Positions 16,386 to 25,810 of a stretch of 35,364 nt of DNA are shown piece after piece. Position 1 is the stretch's first letter; every line of letters starts with the position of its first letter. Position numbers and translations under genes: made by a program. The notes below the pieces were generated by a model, which had not been told where the DNA came from, made no database searches, and worked only from the letters and a program-made list of their open reading frames with translations. The stretch is from a virus (Duplodnaviria > Caudoviricetes), in the IMG/VR virus record IMGVR_UViG_3300032332_000211, positions 1-35,364 of that record. One strand, given 5' to 3'.

Positions 16386-17054
16386 ATGAGCATTAGCAGA
16401 GCACAAGCACAAGCAATAGCAGATGGATTCCTAAATACGATAGGTGAGCAGCGTATGAAGGAAGGAGAATTGCCTGTGATTGAACGATTATTAAAAGACT
16501 TTGGTGCTGACTTCATACTAACTGCTCAAAAGAATTTAAGGGATAATAACTCAATAGCATCAGGTAAGATTAACGATATAAGGCTGCAGTTCACAAAGTT
16601 TAATACAAGTTATACATTATCATTAGGTTACCCAAAAAGTGAACCTGCTTCAAAGTATTTTGACTTTGTAAACAAAGGGGTAAAAGGAACTAAAAACATT
16701 AATGCAGATAGCAAAACCCCTTATAAATTTAACCCATCAAAAAAGAGCATCCCAATTTCAGCAGTAGAAGGTTGGTTAGGTTATAACAAACTAAAGGCAG
16801 TATCTGTAAAACCATATAGAAAACTAGGAGTAGAATCAAAGGCAATAGATACTAAAAAGTCATTGGCTTATGTAATAGCTAGGTCTATTCATAGAAAAGG
16901 TATTAGGTCAACACATTATTTTGATAATGCTGCAAAGGAAACATTTGGTAAGAACTTCTATGAGATAATGGAAGCAGCATTAGGTAAAGACATTCAAATT
17001 AAGATAAAACAAATAGGTAAAGAAATAAGCAATGGCAATAACAATACAAAGTAG
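16386..17054 (+). CDS. Neck/tail-completion protein (HK97 gp10-like)
   Basis: ASG.I, Y..FV.KGVKG and IARSI..KGI..T.YF patterns. Confidence 0.6.
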   Translation: MSISRAQAQAIADGFLNTIGEQRMKEGELPVIERLLKDFGADFILTAQKNLRDNNSIASGKINDIRLQFTKFNTSYTLSLGYPKSEPASKYFDFVNKGVKGTKNINADSKTPYKFNPSKKSIPISAVEGWLGYNKLKAVSVKPYRKLGVESKAIDTKKSLAYVIARSIHRKGIRSTHYFDNAAKETFGKNFYEIMEAALGKDIQIKIKQIGKEISNGNNNTK

Positions 17055-18258
17055 TCCTGCACCTTATAGCAGTATGCACGATGACTTATGGTTCGTTTCA
17101 AGTTCAACTAAAGTAGGCGAACTAGCATTTAAATTCGTGTATGATGTTTATGTAAACGGAGCACAGGTAAGTAGGACAAAAGTATATCCATCACCTTCAG
17201 CAGAAGGTAGATATGGAATATTTAACGCATCTCCAATGGTTCGTTCTTATGTAACAAATTACTTTGAGCCTTCAGGTTCATCAATATTAGTAGCATCAAA
17301 TGACAAGATAAAAGTAGCATCACAAATAAAAATAGGTGAGGAGTATATAAGCGGTGGTAATTTAGTTACAAGTTTAAACCTTGCATCAGGTGCATTAAGT
17401 TCTTATAATTACTATCCACCATTATTTGCAGATATTCTATTTACTAATAATAATACCCCATTAGTATTGTCTGATTATTATGACAATTTATTAATAGAAA
17501 ACTTTACAGATGATTGGATTACGGAAAGAGACAATGACAATATTACGATTGAATATGGGGATAATTTTTATGCAACTTATTTTAAGATTACTGCAGGTTC
17601 TTATTCGGCTTTCATTGATGTTATAAATGAATCAGGGTCTGTAATAGATACTGCAAGTGGTGGCATTACATTTAGTGGTGAAATGAACTTATTTAATTTA
17701 CAGGCAGGTCATATAAATACTTTTGCAGGTAGAACTTTAATTAGTGAATCTACTTATGGGTATAATGTTTATTTAAAAAGAGGTGTGGCAATATCTAGGA
17801 AGTTACAATTTATACAAAAGTGTTATCCTAAATATCAACAATACAATCTTCATTTTCTTAATCGTTTAGGCGGTTGGGATACTATGAAGTTTGCTTTGGT
17901 TAATAAACGAAGTACAGAATTACAACGAGCATCATATAGAAGAAATGATTGGCAGTTAAGTGGAAACACTATGACTAACATAGATAGCTATAACAAGTAT
18001 AACGAAACAACTTTAAACTATGCTATTCAGCACAAGGATAAGTTTCATCTTATATCTGATTGGGTGAGCCAACAAGACTACGAATGGTTAGCACAACTAT
18101 TTGCAAGTACTATTACATATATGGAAGTGCAAGGTGCATACTTCCCTGTTACAATTAGCAGCACAAATTATGAGTACAAGTTAGAAAGTAGTGATAAGTT
18201 ATTTAACTTTGAAATTGACATAGAAGTAGGTAAATATTTAACAAGCCAATTTAGATAA
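17032..18258 (+). CDS. Tail structural protein
   Basis: Beta-rich; F.N..GGWD...F and SDW....Y.WL..LF.S pattern; in the tail block. Confidence 0.7.
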   Translation: MAITIQSSPAPYSSMHDDLWFVSSSTKVGELAFKFVYDVYVNGAQVSRTKVYPSPSAEGRYGIFNASPMVRSYVTNYFEPSGSSILVASNDKIKVASQIKIGEEYISGGNLVTSLNLASGALSSYNYYPPLFADILFTNNNTPLVLSDYYDNLLIENFTDDWITERDNDNITIEYGDNFYATYFKITAGSYSAFIDVINESGSVIDTASGGITFSGEMNLFNLQAGHINTFAGRTLISESTYGYNVYLKRGVAISRKLQFIQKCYPKYQQYNLHFLNRLGGWDTMKFALVNKRSTELQRASYRRNDWQLSGNTMTNIDSYNKYNETTLNYAIQHKDKFHLISDWVSQQDYEWLAQLFASTITYMEVQGAYFPVTISSTNYEYKLESSDKLFNFEIDIEVGKYLTSQFR

Positions 18259-20327
18259 TGATTAGTACAGAGATATATGTAGAAGATTATAAGCTAGATT
18301 TATTGCAAGATATAAGTACAGAGTTTACTTATGCCATTGATGATATTACAGACTTTGGTAGTAAAAATACTTCCTTTAGCAAAACAATATCATTATCAGG
18401 TACTGCTATAAATAATCAAATCTTTGGCTTTGTATTTGACTTGGGTAATGCTAACTTTTTTGATAATACCTTACCTAATGTTAACTATAACTTCAATGCA
18501 AGTAAGGGAGCACAATGCAAGATATTTATTGACAAGGTACAGATATTTAAAGGCACATTAAGAATACTTGAAATAGTTGTTGATGGTAAAATAATAGAAT
18601 ATCAATGTTCTGTGTTTGGTGAGTTAGGCGGATTTATAACTGCATTAGGAAATTCAAGACTAGAGGATTTAGATTTTAGTGCATACGACCATACTTATAA
18701 TGTTTCAAATATTACAAGCAGTTGGAATAGCATAACAGGGGTAGGATATTATTATCCATTGATTGACTTTGGTAATGTTAGCACAGGAACTTATGGTGTT
18801 TTAAAAAAGGATTTTCAAGTAAGCACATTTAGACCTGCTTTATTTGTTAAAGAATATATAGATAAAATATTTGCAGCAACAGATTACACATATGATTTAG
18901 ATTTAGAATCACCTGATTTAAATTTATTTAATAGACTTATAATACCACATAATCAAAAGGTTTTATCTAGTTCAAGTAATGTTCAATTAAAAGCATATCC
19001 ATTAGACCAAGTATATAGTGGAACTGCAGTTGAATTATATTTGCAATTTGGAACATTTACATTAGGTAATTTTACTTTAACAGAAAGTAATACTAAATTT
19101 ACTTTTGCAGGTGCTACTTCAAAAGTAGTTAATATAGATTTTAATGTAAACGCAGAATGGGCAATAGGTCAAAATGCTACAATGTCTTTAAAGAAAAATG
19201 GAACTGCTATTGCTTCTTATAGTATGGGTAGCGGATTTAGTGGTAATTTTTTCCAAGTAAACTTTAATTTAACAGGTGTAACAATTAATCCAACTGATTA
19301 TTTTCAATTGCATATTACTTGGTCATTAGGAAGTCAACCTTATGAGTTTAATAGTTTAAGTTCTTCAGGATTTAATATTACAACTACTTCAGTAGAAATA
19401 GTTCCTATTAATTATGGAGAAACTATAAAAATTAATAATGTAATTCCTAAAGGTATCTTTCAAAGAGATTTCTTTTTGAGTATATGTAAGATGTTTAACT
19501 TATATGTTTATGATGATAAGTGGGATGATAAAAAGATATTAATAAAACCTTATATAAATTTCTATCCTTCAGTTAGTGATAACGCAGATGATTGGTCTAA
19601 TAAAATAGATAGGTCAAAGCCATTAAGTATAAAGCCAATGAGTGAACTTAATGCGAGATACTTTCAATATAAATATAAGACAGATAACGATTTTTATAAT
19701 GAAAACTACACGAAGAAATATACTGAAGGATACGCAGATAGGATTTATGATACAGAGTTTGACTTTGCAAAAGATACAGAAACAACAGATATAATATTTG
19801 CACCTAGCGTTTTATTCCAACAAACAGGAACTGATAAAATATATCCTGCTATTTATAAATTATCTAACAACAATACAAAAGAGGATGTTATGGATAGTGT
19901 TATAAGGATTATGCAAGTTAAAAAGAAAACAGGTGTAGCAAGTTGGAACATAATGAATGCAGCTACTGTATTAAGTAGTCAAACAACTTATGGTTATGCA
20001 GGTCATTTAGATGACCCTAATACACCTAATAACGATATTAACTTTGGAGTACCTAAAGAGTTATCATTTACTCCAACAACATACCCAACTACAAATCTAT
20101 TTAACGCATATCATAGTGATTACATAGCCGAGATTACAGACAAGAATAGTAAACTATTAACTTGTTCTGCTTTGCTTAATACAATTGATATATTGAATTT
20201 AGACTTTAGCAAATATATTTGGATAGATGGTGTACTATTCAGGTTAAATAAAGTTGATGGATTTAATCCAATGGAATACAACACTACCAAAATAAGTTTA
20301 TTAAAAGTAATTGAAACAACATACTAA
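18258..20327 (+). CDS. Tail tip/baseplate structural protein
   Basis: SFSKT..L.G...N..IF, YYYPLID.G, RPA and DWS.KID motifs; directly before the tape measure gene. Confidence 0.7.
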   Translation: MISTEIYVEDYKLDLLQDISTEFTYAIDDITDFGSKNTSFSKTISLSGTAINNQIFGFVFDLGNANFFDNTLPNVNYNFNASKGAQCKIFIDKVQIFKGTLRILEIVVDGKIIEYQCSVFGELGGFITALGNSRLEDLDFSAYDHTYNVSNITSSWNSITGVGYYYPLIDFGNVSTGTYGVLKKDFQVSTFRPALFVKEYIDKIFAATDYTYDLDLESPDLNLFNRLIIPHNQKVLSSSSNVQLKAYPLDQVYSGTAVELYLQFGTFTLGNFTLTESNTKFTFAGATSKVVNIDFNVNAEWAIGQNATMSLKKNGTAIASYSMGSGFSGNFFQVNFNLTGVTINPTDYFQLHITWSLGSQPYEFNSLSSSGFNITTTSVEIVPINYGETIKINNVIPKGIFQRDFFLSICKMFNLYVYDDKWDDKKILIKPYINFYPSVSDNADDWSNKIDRSKPLSIKPMSELNARYFQYKYKTDNDFYNENYTKKYTEGYADRIYDTEFDFAKDTETTDIIFAPSVLFQQTGTDKIYPAIYKLSNNNTKEDVMDSVIRIMQVKKKTGVASWNIMNAATVLSSQTTYGYAGHLDDPNTPNNDINFGVPKELSFTPTTYPTTNLFNAYHSDYIAEITDKNSKLLTCSALLNTIDILNLDFSKYIWIDGVLFRLNKVDGFNPMEYNTTKISLLKVIETTY

Positions 20328-22009
20328 TGGCACAAGAAAATTTAGATTTTAATATTAATGTGAAAACTTCAGGTGCTGAAGGTTCAATAGGTTCACTTAA
20401 AAAGCAACTTCGTGAAGCACAGAATGAAGTATTATCATTATCTGAAAAGTTTGGTGCTACTTCAAAAGAAGCAGTAAACGCAGCAAAGAAGGCAGCAGAG
20501 TTAAGAGATAGGATAGGTGATGCAAAAGCATTAACAGATGCTTTTAATCCTGATGCAAAGTTTAAAGCATTAACTGCATCTTTATCAGGTGTTGCAGGTG
20601 GATTTGGTGCAGTTCAAGGTGCAATGGCTTTGTTTGGTTCTGAAAGTGAGAATGTACAAAAGACTTTATTAAAGGTTCAGTCAGCAATGGCTTTGTCTCA
20701 AGGATTACAAGCAGTTGGAGAAAGTGTAGATGCTTTTAAAAATTTAGGTACAGTTATTAGGACACAGGTAGTTGGTGCATTTAGTACATTAAGAGGTGCA
20801 ATAATTGCAACAGGTGTAGGTGCATTAGCAGTTGGATTAGGTTTATTAATTGCTAATTTTGAACAAGTTAAAACAACTTTACTTAATCTATTCCCATCAC
20901 TAGCTGAATTTGGTAATAAAATAAAAGGTATTATTCAAGGTATTACTGATTGGGCAGGTATAACAAGTCAAGCCAAAAGAGATACAGAAGATTTAACTAA
21001 AGGAACTAATGCTTATATTAAATCATTAGACAGGGCAATTAAAGAATTAGAAGCACAAGGTGGTAAAGAAGATGAAATATATAAACTCAAAAAAGATAGA
21101 ATTGAAAAACAAATAAGTTTAATAAAAGGTTCTAGTGATGAAGAATTGCAAAAGAAAGCAGATTTATATTCTGAATTAAAAATTTTAGAAACTAATTATT
21201 ATAATGATAAAGAAAACGCTGCTATACAAGCAGAACTTGAAAGAGTAGAATCTGAAATAAAAATTGCTTATGATGGTGAAATTGAAAAATATGAAGTATT
21301 AAAAAAGATTAGAGAAAAGTTAGGTAAGCAAGAATATATAGATAATAAAAAATTAAAAGAAGGGCAAAAGGAACAACAAAAAGAAGATGAAAAAAATGAA
21401 CAAGACCAAATAGAAGAAAACCAAAAAAGTGTATTAGGTAAGTTTTTAATAGCTAAAACTGAATCAATACAAAAAGGGTATGAATTAGACAAAGCTAATG
21501 CTGATGCTGCAAAAATATTAGAAGATGAAAAGGTTAAATATAAAGAAGATTCAGCTAATGCTATTGCAGATATTACTGCAGGTTTATCTAGTATTATAGG
21601 TCAAGAAACTGCAGTAGGTAAAGCCATAGCTATTTCTTCTGCTACAATTGATACATACTTAAGTGCATCAACAATATTCAAACAAGCAGCTAAAAACCCT
21701 ATATCTATTGCAAATCCTGCATATCCTTATTTAATGGCAGCACCTGCAGTATTAGCAGGTATAGCTAGGGTAAAACAAATATCATCAGTAAATGTTCCTA
21801 AAGGTGGTGGAGCAGGTGGTGGTATACCTTCAATGTCAGGACAAGCACCTATGATGCCACAAATACCAACTGCACAGGTAACGCAATTAAATCAACAATC
21901 AATTAACGATATAGGCAATCAAGCAGTAAGAGCATATGTAATTGAGAGTGATGTAACTAGCAACCAACAAAGAATAGCTGCAATAAGACAGAGAGCAAGA
22001 TTTAGTTAA
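20327..22009 (+). CDS. Tail tape measure protein
   Basis: Ala/Gly-rich helices, long charged coiled coil, C-terminal RAYV.E.DVT..Q. Confidence 0.8.
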   Translation: MAQENLDFNINVKTSGAEGSIGSLKKQLREAQNEVLSLSEKFGATSKEAVNAAKKAAELRDRIGDAKALTDAFNPDAKFKALTASLSGVAGGFGAVQGAMALFGSESENVQKTLLKVQSAMALSQGLQAVGESVDAFKNLGTVIRTQVVGAFSTLRGAIIATGVGALAVGLGLLIANFEQVKTTLLNLFPSLAEFGNKIKGIIQGITDWAGITSQAKRDTEDLTKGTNAYIKSLDRAIKELEAQGGKEDEIYKLKKDRIEKQISLIKGSSDEELQKKADLYSELKILETNYYNDKENAAIQAELERVESEIKIAYDGEIEKYEVLKKIREKLGKQEYIDNKKLKEGQKEQQKEDEKNEQDQIEENQKSVLGKFLIAKTESIQKGYELDKANADAAKILEDEKVKYKEDSANAIADITAGLSSIIGQETAVGKAIAISSATIDTYLSASTIFKQAAKNPISIANPAYPYLMAAPAVLAGIARVKQISSVNVPKGGGAGGGIPSMSGQAPMMPQIPTAQVTQLNQQSINDIGNQAVRAYVIESDVTSNQQRIAAIRQRARFS

Positions 22010-22029
22010 TATTTTAAAATTAGATATTT

Positions 22030-23298
22030 ATGAGTATGGAATTACCATTATATATGTTGGAAATATCAGATGACTTAAACGATGATGCTGAAGTTCAGTT
22101 TGTCGCTTTAGTTGATAGACCTGCTATTCAAAAGAATTGGAATGCTTTTAAAAATGAACAAAAGTTTCAAATCATTAGTGAAGATAAGCACATCATTAGT
22201 GGTTGTGCTATGTTGGCTGACACTCCTATTTTTAGAAGTGATGCTAATTTCGGTGATTATTATGTGGCATTCTCAAAGGATACTATTGTTAAGATTGTAC
22301 AAAAGTACTTTAAAAAGGGTTACCAAAACAATGTAAACTTAATGCACGACCCTAATCAAATTGAAACAGGAGTAACAATGTTTGAAAGTTTTATTAGTGA
22401 TAAGTCTAGGGGAATTGAACCAATGAAAGGATTTGAAGATGCACCTGATGGAAGTTGGTTTGTATCTATGCTAGTAGAAAATGATGCAGTATGGCAGCAA
22501 GTTAAGGAAGGTAAGATTAATGGATTCTCTATTGAAGGTATATTTAACTATACTCCAAAGATACCTAAAGAACAACAGGTAATGAGTGAGATATATAAAA
22601 TATTAAATGAAGTAGAATTAGGTGGACCGGGAAGTGGTAGGAGACCTGAAGGCGGTGGTAGTAAAGAATCAACAGGTTCAGTAAAAATTGTATCCGTACA
22701 AGATAAAGAAGTAAAAGATTTAGTTTCTAAAGCACAGGCAGCAGCACCTGAAGTGGATAAATTAGGCAAAGATTTAGCAAATAAATATGGTGCAGTTGTT
22801 ACTCCTATTAATATGAAATCAGCAGATTCTATTGTAAGAAAAACAAATACAGAAGAAGGTGGTAATTTAGGTAATATAAAAGATGCAGTTAGAAATACTA
22901 TAATTACCGATGACCCAATTGCAATGCAAAATATTATTAAAGATTTAAGCAATGACCCTAGAGTAGCTAATGGTAATGGTAGAGTTAAAACTCAAACCCA
23001 CGAATCTAATCCATTGGGATATAGTGGTAATTTGGTCAATATAAAGACATCTAATGGCTTAACTGCAGAAATACAGGTAAATACACCTAAAATGATTTAT
23101 GCCAAAGAAAAGCCTGAAAATGCTAAATTAATACTAGGTGAAAAGAAATATAATGAAATTGCTAAACAAGTAGGTGTAGAAGGTGGTAAGGGTCACGACC
23201 TATACGAAAAATATCGTAATTTAGATAATGTAAAGGATGTTAAACAAAGAAGTCAAATAGAAAAAGAATCTAAAAAATATTACAGTAAATTTTTGTAA
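22030..23298 (+). CDS. Prohead serine protease fused to a C-terminal RelA/SpoT-like alarmone synthetase domain
   Basis: aa 1-197: ALVDRPAI, N.MHD, GSWF and GFSIEG protease motifs. Linker GGPGSGRRP at 22621. Then KSADSIVRK, IKDAVR, GYSG, EIQVNT and H.LYEKYR. Confidence 0.85.
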   Translation: MSMELPLYMLEISDDLNDDAEVQFVALVDRPAIQKNWNAFKNEQKFQIISEDKHIISGCAMLADTPIFRSDANFGDYYVAFSKDTIVKIVQKYFKKGYQNNVNLMHDPNQIETGVTMFESFISDKSRGIEPMKGFEDAPDGSWFVSMLVENDAVWQQVKEGKINGFSIEGIFNYTPKIPKEQQVMSEIYKILNEVELGGPGSGRRPEGGGSKESTGSVKIVSVQDKEVKDLVSKAQAAAPEVDKLGKDLANKYGAVVTPINMKSADSIVRKTNTEEGGNLGNIKDAVRNTIITDDPIAMQNIIKDLSNDPRVANGNGRVKTQTHESNPLGYSGNLVNIKTSNGLTAEIQVNTPKMIYAKEKPENAKLILGEKKYNEIAKQVGVEGGKGHDLYEKYRNLDNVKDVKQRSQIEKESKKYYSKFL

Positions 23299-23326
23299 TA
23301 TAAAATAAAATTAGTAAATTGTGTAT

Positions 23327-23545
23327 ATGAGAAATGAGAACTTACTAGAAGAAATTGTTAGTGGAAAACAAGTTTTCTTTGAGAATTCTTTTGAAGAAAC
23401 TGCGTTTAAAAATCTTCTCAAAGGTGGCTATGAAGCCAAGCAAAAAGGTGGTAAACCTTATTTGGTGGTAGGTAAGCCAAACAAATTGGTTGATGCGTGG
23501 TTAGAAGGGAAAATGATTAGTAAAGCAGAATACGAAAAGTACTAA
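23327..23545 (+). CDS. Small protein, candidate immunity factor
   Basis: 72 aa from ATG 23327, immediately downstream of the toxin-like domain. Confidence 0.6.
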   Translation: MRNENLLEEIVSGKQVFFENSFEETAFKNLLKGGYEAKQKGGKPYLVVGKPNKLVDAWLEGKMISKAEYEKY

Positions 23546-24041
23546 TTAATCTACCTTTTAAATAAAGCATTTCTAATTTATTAGATAATGGTTTATTAAT
23601 TTTAGAGTATATAATCTTGAATTTATTTGATTCAGATATATACTTTTTTAATTTGTGGTAGTTTCTATTTCTTATACATTCCCTGACATTACATATCCTA
23701 TCAGATAGTTTTACTATTGAAGCTATTTCACTTTTAGATATTTCTATATAGTATTTATCTAATGGCGGTTTTTTAGTAAGCAGTTTTACATTACTATAAA
23801 CTTTATTACTTATCTGTTTAAGTTTACTTTCATATAATGTAGTATCTTCTAATATATCGTGCAATGCACATACAGAAAGGATTATATCCATTTTTATACC
23901 TTTGATATTATTTTGATTACAAAATCTTTCTGCTTCAAACCATACATCTAATAAATGGTATAGATAAGGTTTAACCCCATACTGCTGATACTTGTGGTAT
24001 TCAGCAGCAAGGGCAAGTGAGTTATATTTTATTTTATTCAT
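23517..24041 (-). CDS. HD-domain small alarmone hydrolase (Mesh1/SpoT-HD/Aph1-like)
   Basis: H..Q....PY..H...V, LHDILEDT, V.LLTK and VKLSDRI.N motifs. Confidence 0.9.
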   Translation of the reverse strand: MNKIKYNSLALAAEYHKYQQYGVKPYLYHLLDVWFEAERFCNQNNIKGIKMDIILSVCALHDILEDTTLYESKLKQISNKVYSNVKLLTKKPPLDKYYIEISKSEIASIVKLSDRICNVRECIRNRNYHKLKKYISESNKFKIIYSKINKPLSNKLEMLYLKGRLISTFRILLY

Positions 24042-24047
24042 ATTTAA

Positions 24048-24626
24048 TTAAGCATACCAACTAGAGTAAACTCCTTTTTCTTCTTTGCTTTCAATGAAAT
24101 TGCAGAAACAACCGTGTTTTGCTGATATGTGATAACTTATGTTTCCGCTATAATTAACTGAAGTTACGATTTTTTTAAGAATCGGTTCACCTACAAAATA
24201 ATCTTTAATAGGCTTAACATTTGCAGACATAAAACCTTCAGAACCTTTAATATAACTACTAGCAATTGCTCTCAAAATTACTGACTTTGCTTTAACTTCT
24301 ACGATTTGATAGAAGTCAATATTAGTTTGGTCATATCCCCAAGAATTGTAAATGATTGAACCTTCTACATAATTGTGGTTCATATTCTTTTGTGCTTCCT
24401 TCTTAATAGCCTTTCTTTCATTTTCACTATTAATATTCTTTTCAACTCTTTCAATCCATTCAGAACAATATTCAGCCATTCTTTCAGGACTTTTGAACCT
24501 GTAATTAAATAATGCTTTAGGGAATCTAGCTTTACTTTTAGCTTTCATACACAGGGCAATGTTTAATTCTTCTTTAACGGTTAGTACATAACCTAGACTT
24601 TCATACTTTTCAATTAAATTTTTCAT
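24048..24626 (-). CDS. Hypothetical cassette protein with SWGYDQTNIDFYQ domain
   Basis: Long ORF with an aaact-ATG leader; motif typical of phage/mobile-element early proteins. Confidence 0.8.
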   Translation of the reverse strand: MKNLIEKYESLGYVLTVKEELNIALCMKAKSKARFPKALFNYRFKSPERMAEYCSEWIERVEKNINSENERKAIKKEAQKNMNHNYVEGSIIYNSWGYDQTNIDFYQIVEVKAKSVILRAIASSYIKGSEGFMSANVKPIKDYFVGEPILKKIVTSVNYSGNISYHISAKHGCFCNFIESKEEKGVYSSWYA

Positions 24627-24645
24627 AGTTTTTAGTTTTTATAAT

Positions 24646-24921
24646 TTAGATAATTTGTTTATATAATTCAGAATTTTTAATTTTCTCACCAATAAAGAAC
24701 CATTTTAATTTTCTCATTAAAACTTGATTAAAATGAGTTTCATTTTCAAAAGCATTAGTATAGGCTATAACTCCCATATTTACTGCTCTATCAGTAATGT
24801 TTGCAAACTCTAAAAAAGTTCCATACTGATTTGGTTCTTTTGAATACTCTTTAAATAATTCTTGAAATAATTCGGCTTGATGACCATAATAACCTAGTTC
24901 AATTGAAATTGTCTTTTCCAT
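24646..24921 (-). CDS. Hypothetical cassette protein
   Basis: ORF in the minus-strand operon; aaacact-ATG leader. Confidence 0.75.
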   Translation of the reverse strand: MEKTISIELGYYGHQAELFQELFKEYSKEPNQYGTFLEFANITDRAVNMGVIAYTNAFENETHFNQVLMRKLKWFFIGEKIKNSELYKQII

Positions 24922-24931
24922 AGTGTTTATT

Positions 24932-25033
24932 TTATTTGATTAAAAATTGAATTAAAACTGAAGCAATAGCTGAAATAATTAAAGTAAGGAATAACTTAAC
25001 TTCAATTGGAGCAGGGAGTGTTTTGTGTTTCAT
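24932..25033 (-). CDS. Small single-TM peptide (33 aa, not in ORF track)
   Basis: MKHKTLPAPIEVKLFLTLIISAIASVLIQFLIK; aaacaaacact leader; first ORF after the promoter. Confidence 0.6.
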   Translation of the reverse strand: MKHKTLPAPIEVKLFLTLIISAIASVLIQFLIK

Positions 25034-25066
25034 AGTGTTTGTTTTTGGTGTCTCTCAATGACATAG

Positions 25067-25157
25067 TAAAAGTACACAGGTTTTAAACACATTCCAAACA
25101 TTTGCCCCACTTTTTTTGATTAATTTGATGAACGGTAAATATTAGGGATGAACGGTT
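25067..25157 (-). promoter_or_regulatory. Cassette promoter with paired ACCGTTCATC boxes
   Basis: Boxes at 25147-25157 and 25127-25137; TTTG at 25095-25098, 20-nt spacer, TACTTTTA at 25067-25074. Confidence 0.7.
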
Positions 25158-25202
25158 AAGTGATAAACTATATGTTTTATTAACATTTAAAGAAAAATAA
25201 AG

Positions 25203-25799
25203 ATGAACCCAAAAGAAGCATTACAACAAATAAGAGCCTTATTTGAAGATATGCCACAAGTTGTTGAGCCACAAGCACCTGTTACTGAAGAAGTTACAAA
25301 GGTAGAAATGGCTGAATATTCTTTGGCTGATGGCACAAAGGTTATGATTTCCGCTTTGGAAATCGGTGGTAAAGTAGAGATGGCTGATGGCACTCCTGCT
25401 CCACAAGGCGAACATCAATTAATGGATGGCACTTCTATCCAAGTTGATGAAACAGGAACAATAATTGAAATAGCATCACCTAAAGAAGATGTTGTTGTTG
25501 AAGAACCTGTAGCACCTGCAGCACCTGTTGCACCTGCACAAGATACTACTGCAATGGTAGCTGAATTAAAAGCAGATTTCGCAGAGCAAAAAAGTCAATT
25601 AGAAACAAAAATTGCTGAATTAGAGAGTAAAGTAAAACAAGGTTTTGCACAAGTAGCTGAATTAGTAGAAGCACTTTCAAACACTCCAACTGCTGAACCA
25701 ACTCAAAAAGCAGCAAACGCTTTTCAATCATATGTATCTACAAATGATACTAAATATGAAAGATTAGAGAAATATAGAAACGCAATTTTAAACAAATAA
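25203..25799 (+). CDS. Capsid scaffolding protein
   Basis: Acidic; L.DGT and PAP.GEH.L.DG repeats, coiled coil; directly before the major capsid gene. Confidence 0.75.
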   Translation: MNPKEALQQIRALFEDMPQVVEPQAPVTEEVTKVEMAEYSLADGTKVMISALEIGGKVEMADGTPAPQGEHQLMDGTSIQVDETGTIIEIASPKEDVVVEEPVAPAAPVAPAQDTTAMVAELKADFAEQKSQLETKIAELESKVKQGFAQVAELVEALSNTPTAEPTQKAANAFQSYVSTNDTKYERLEKYRNAILNK

Positions 25800-25810
25800 A
25801 TTTATAAAAA

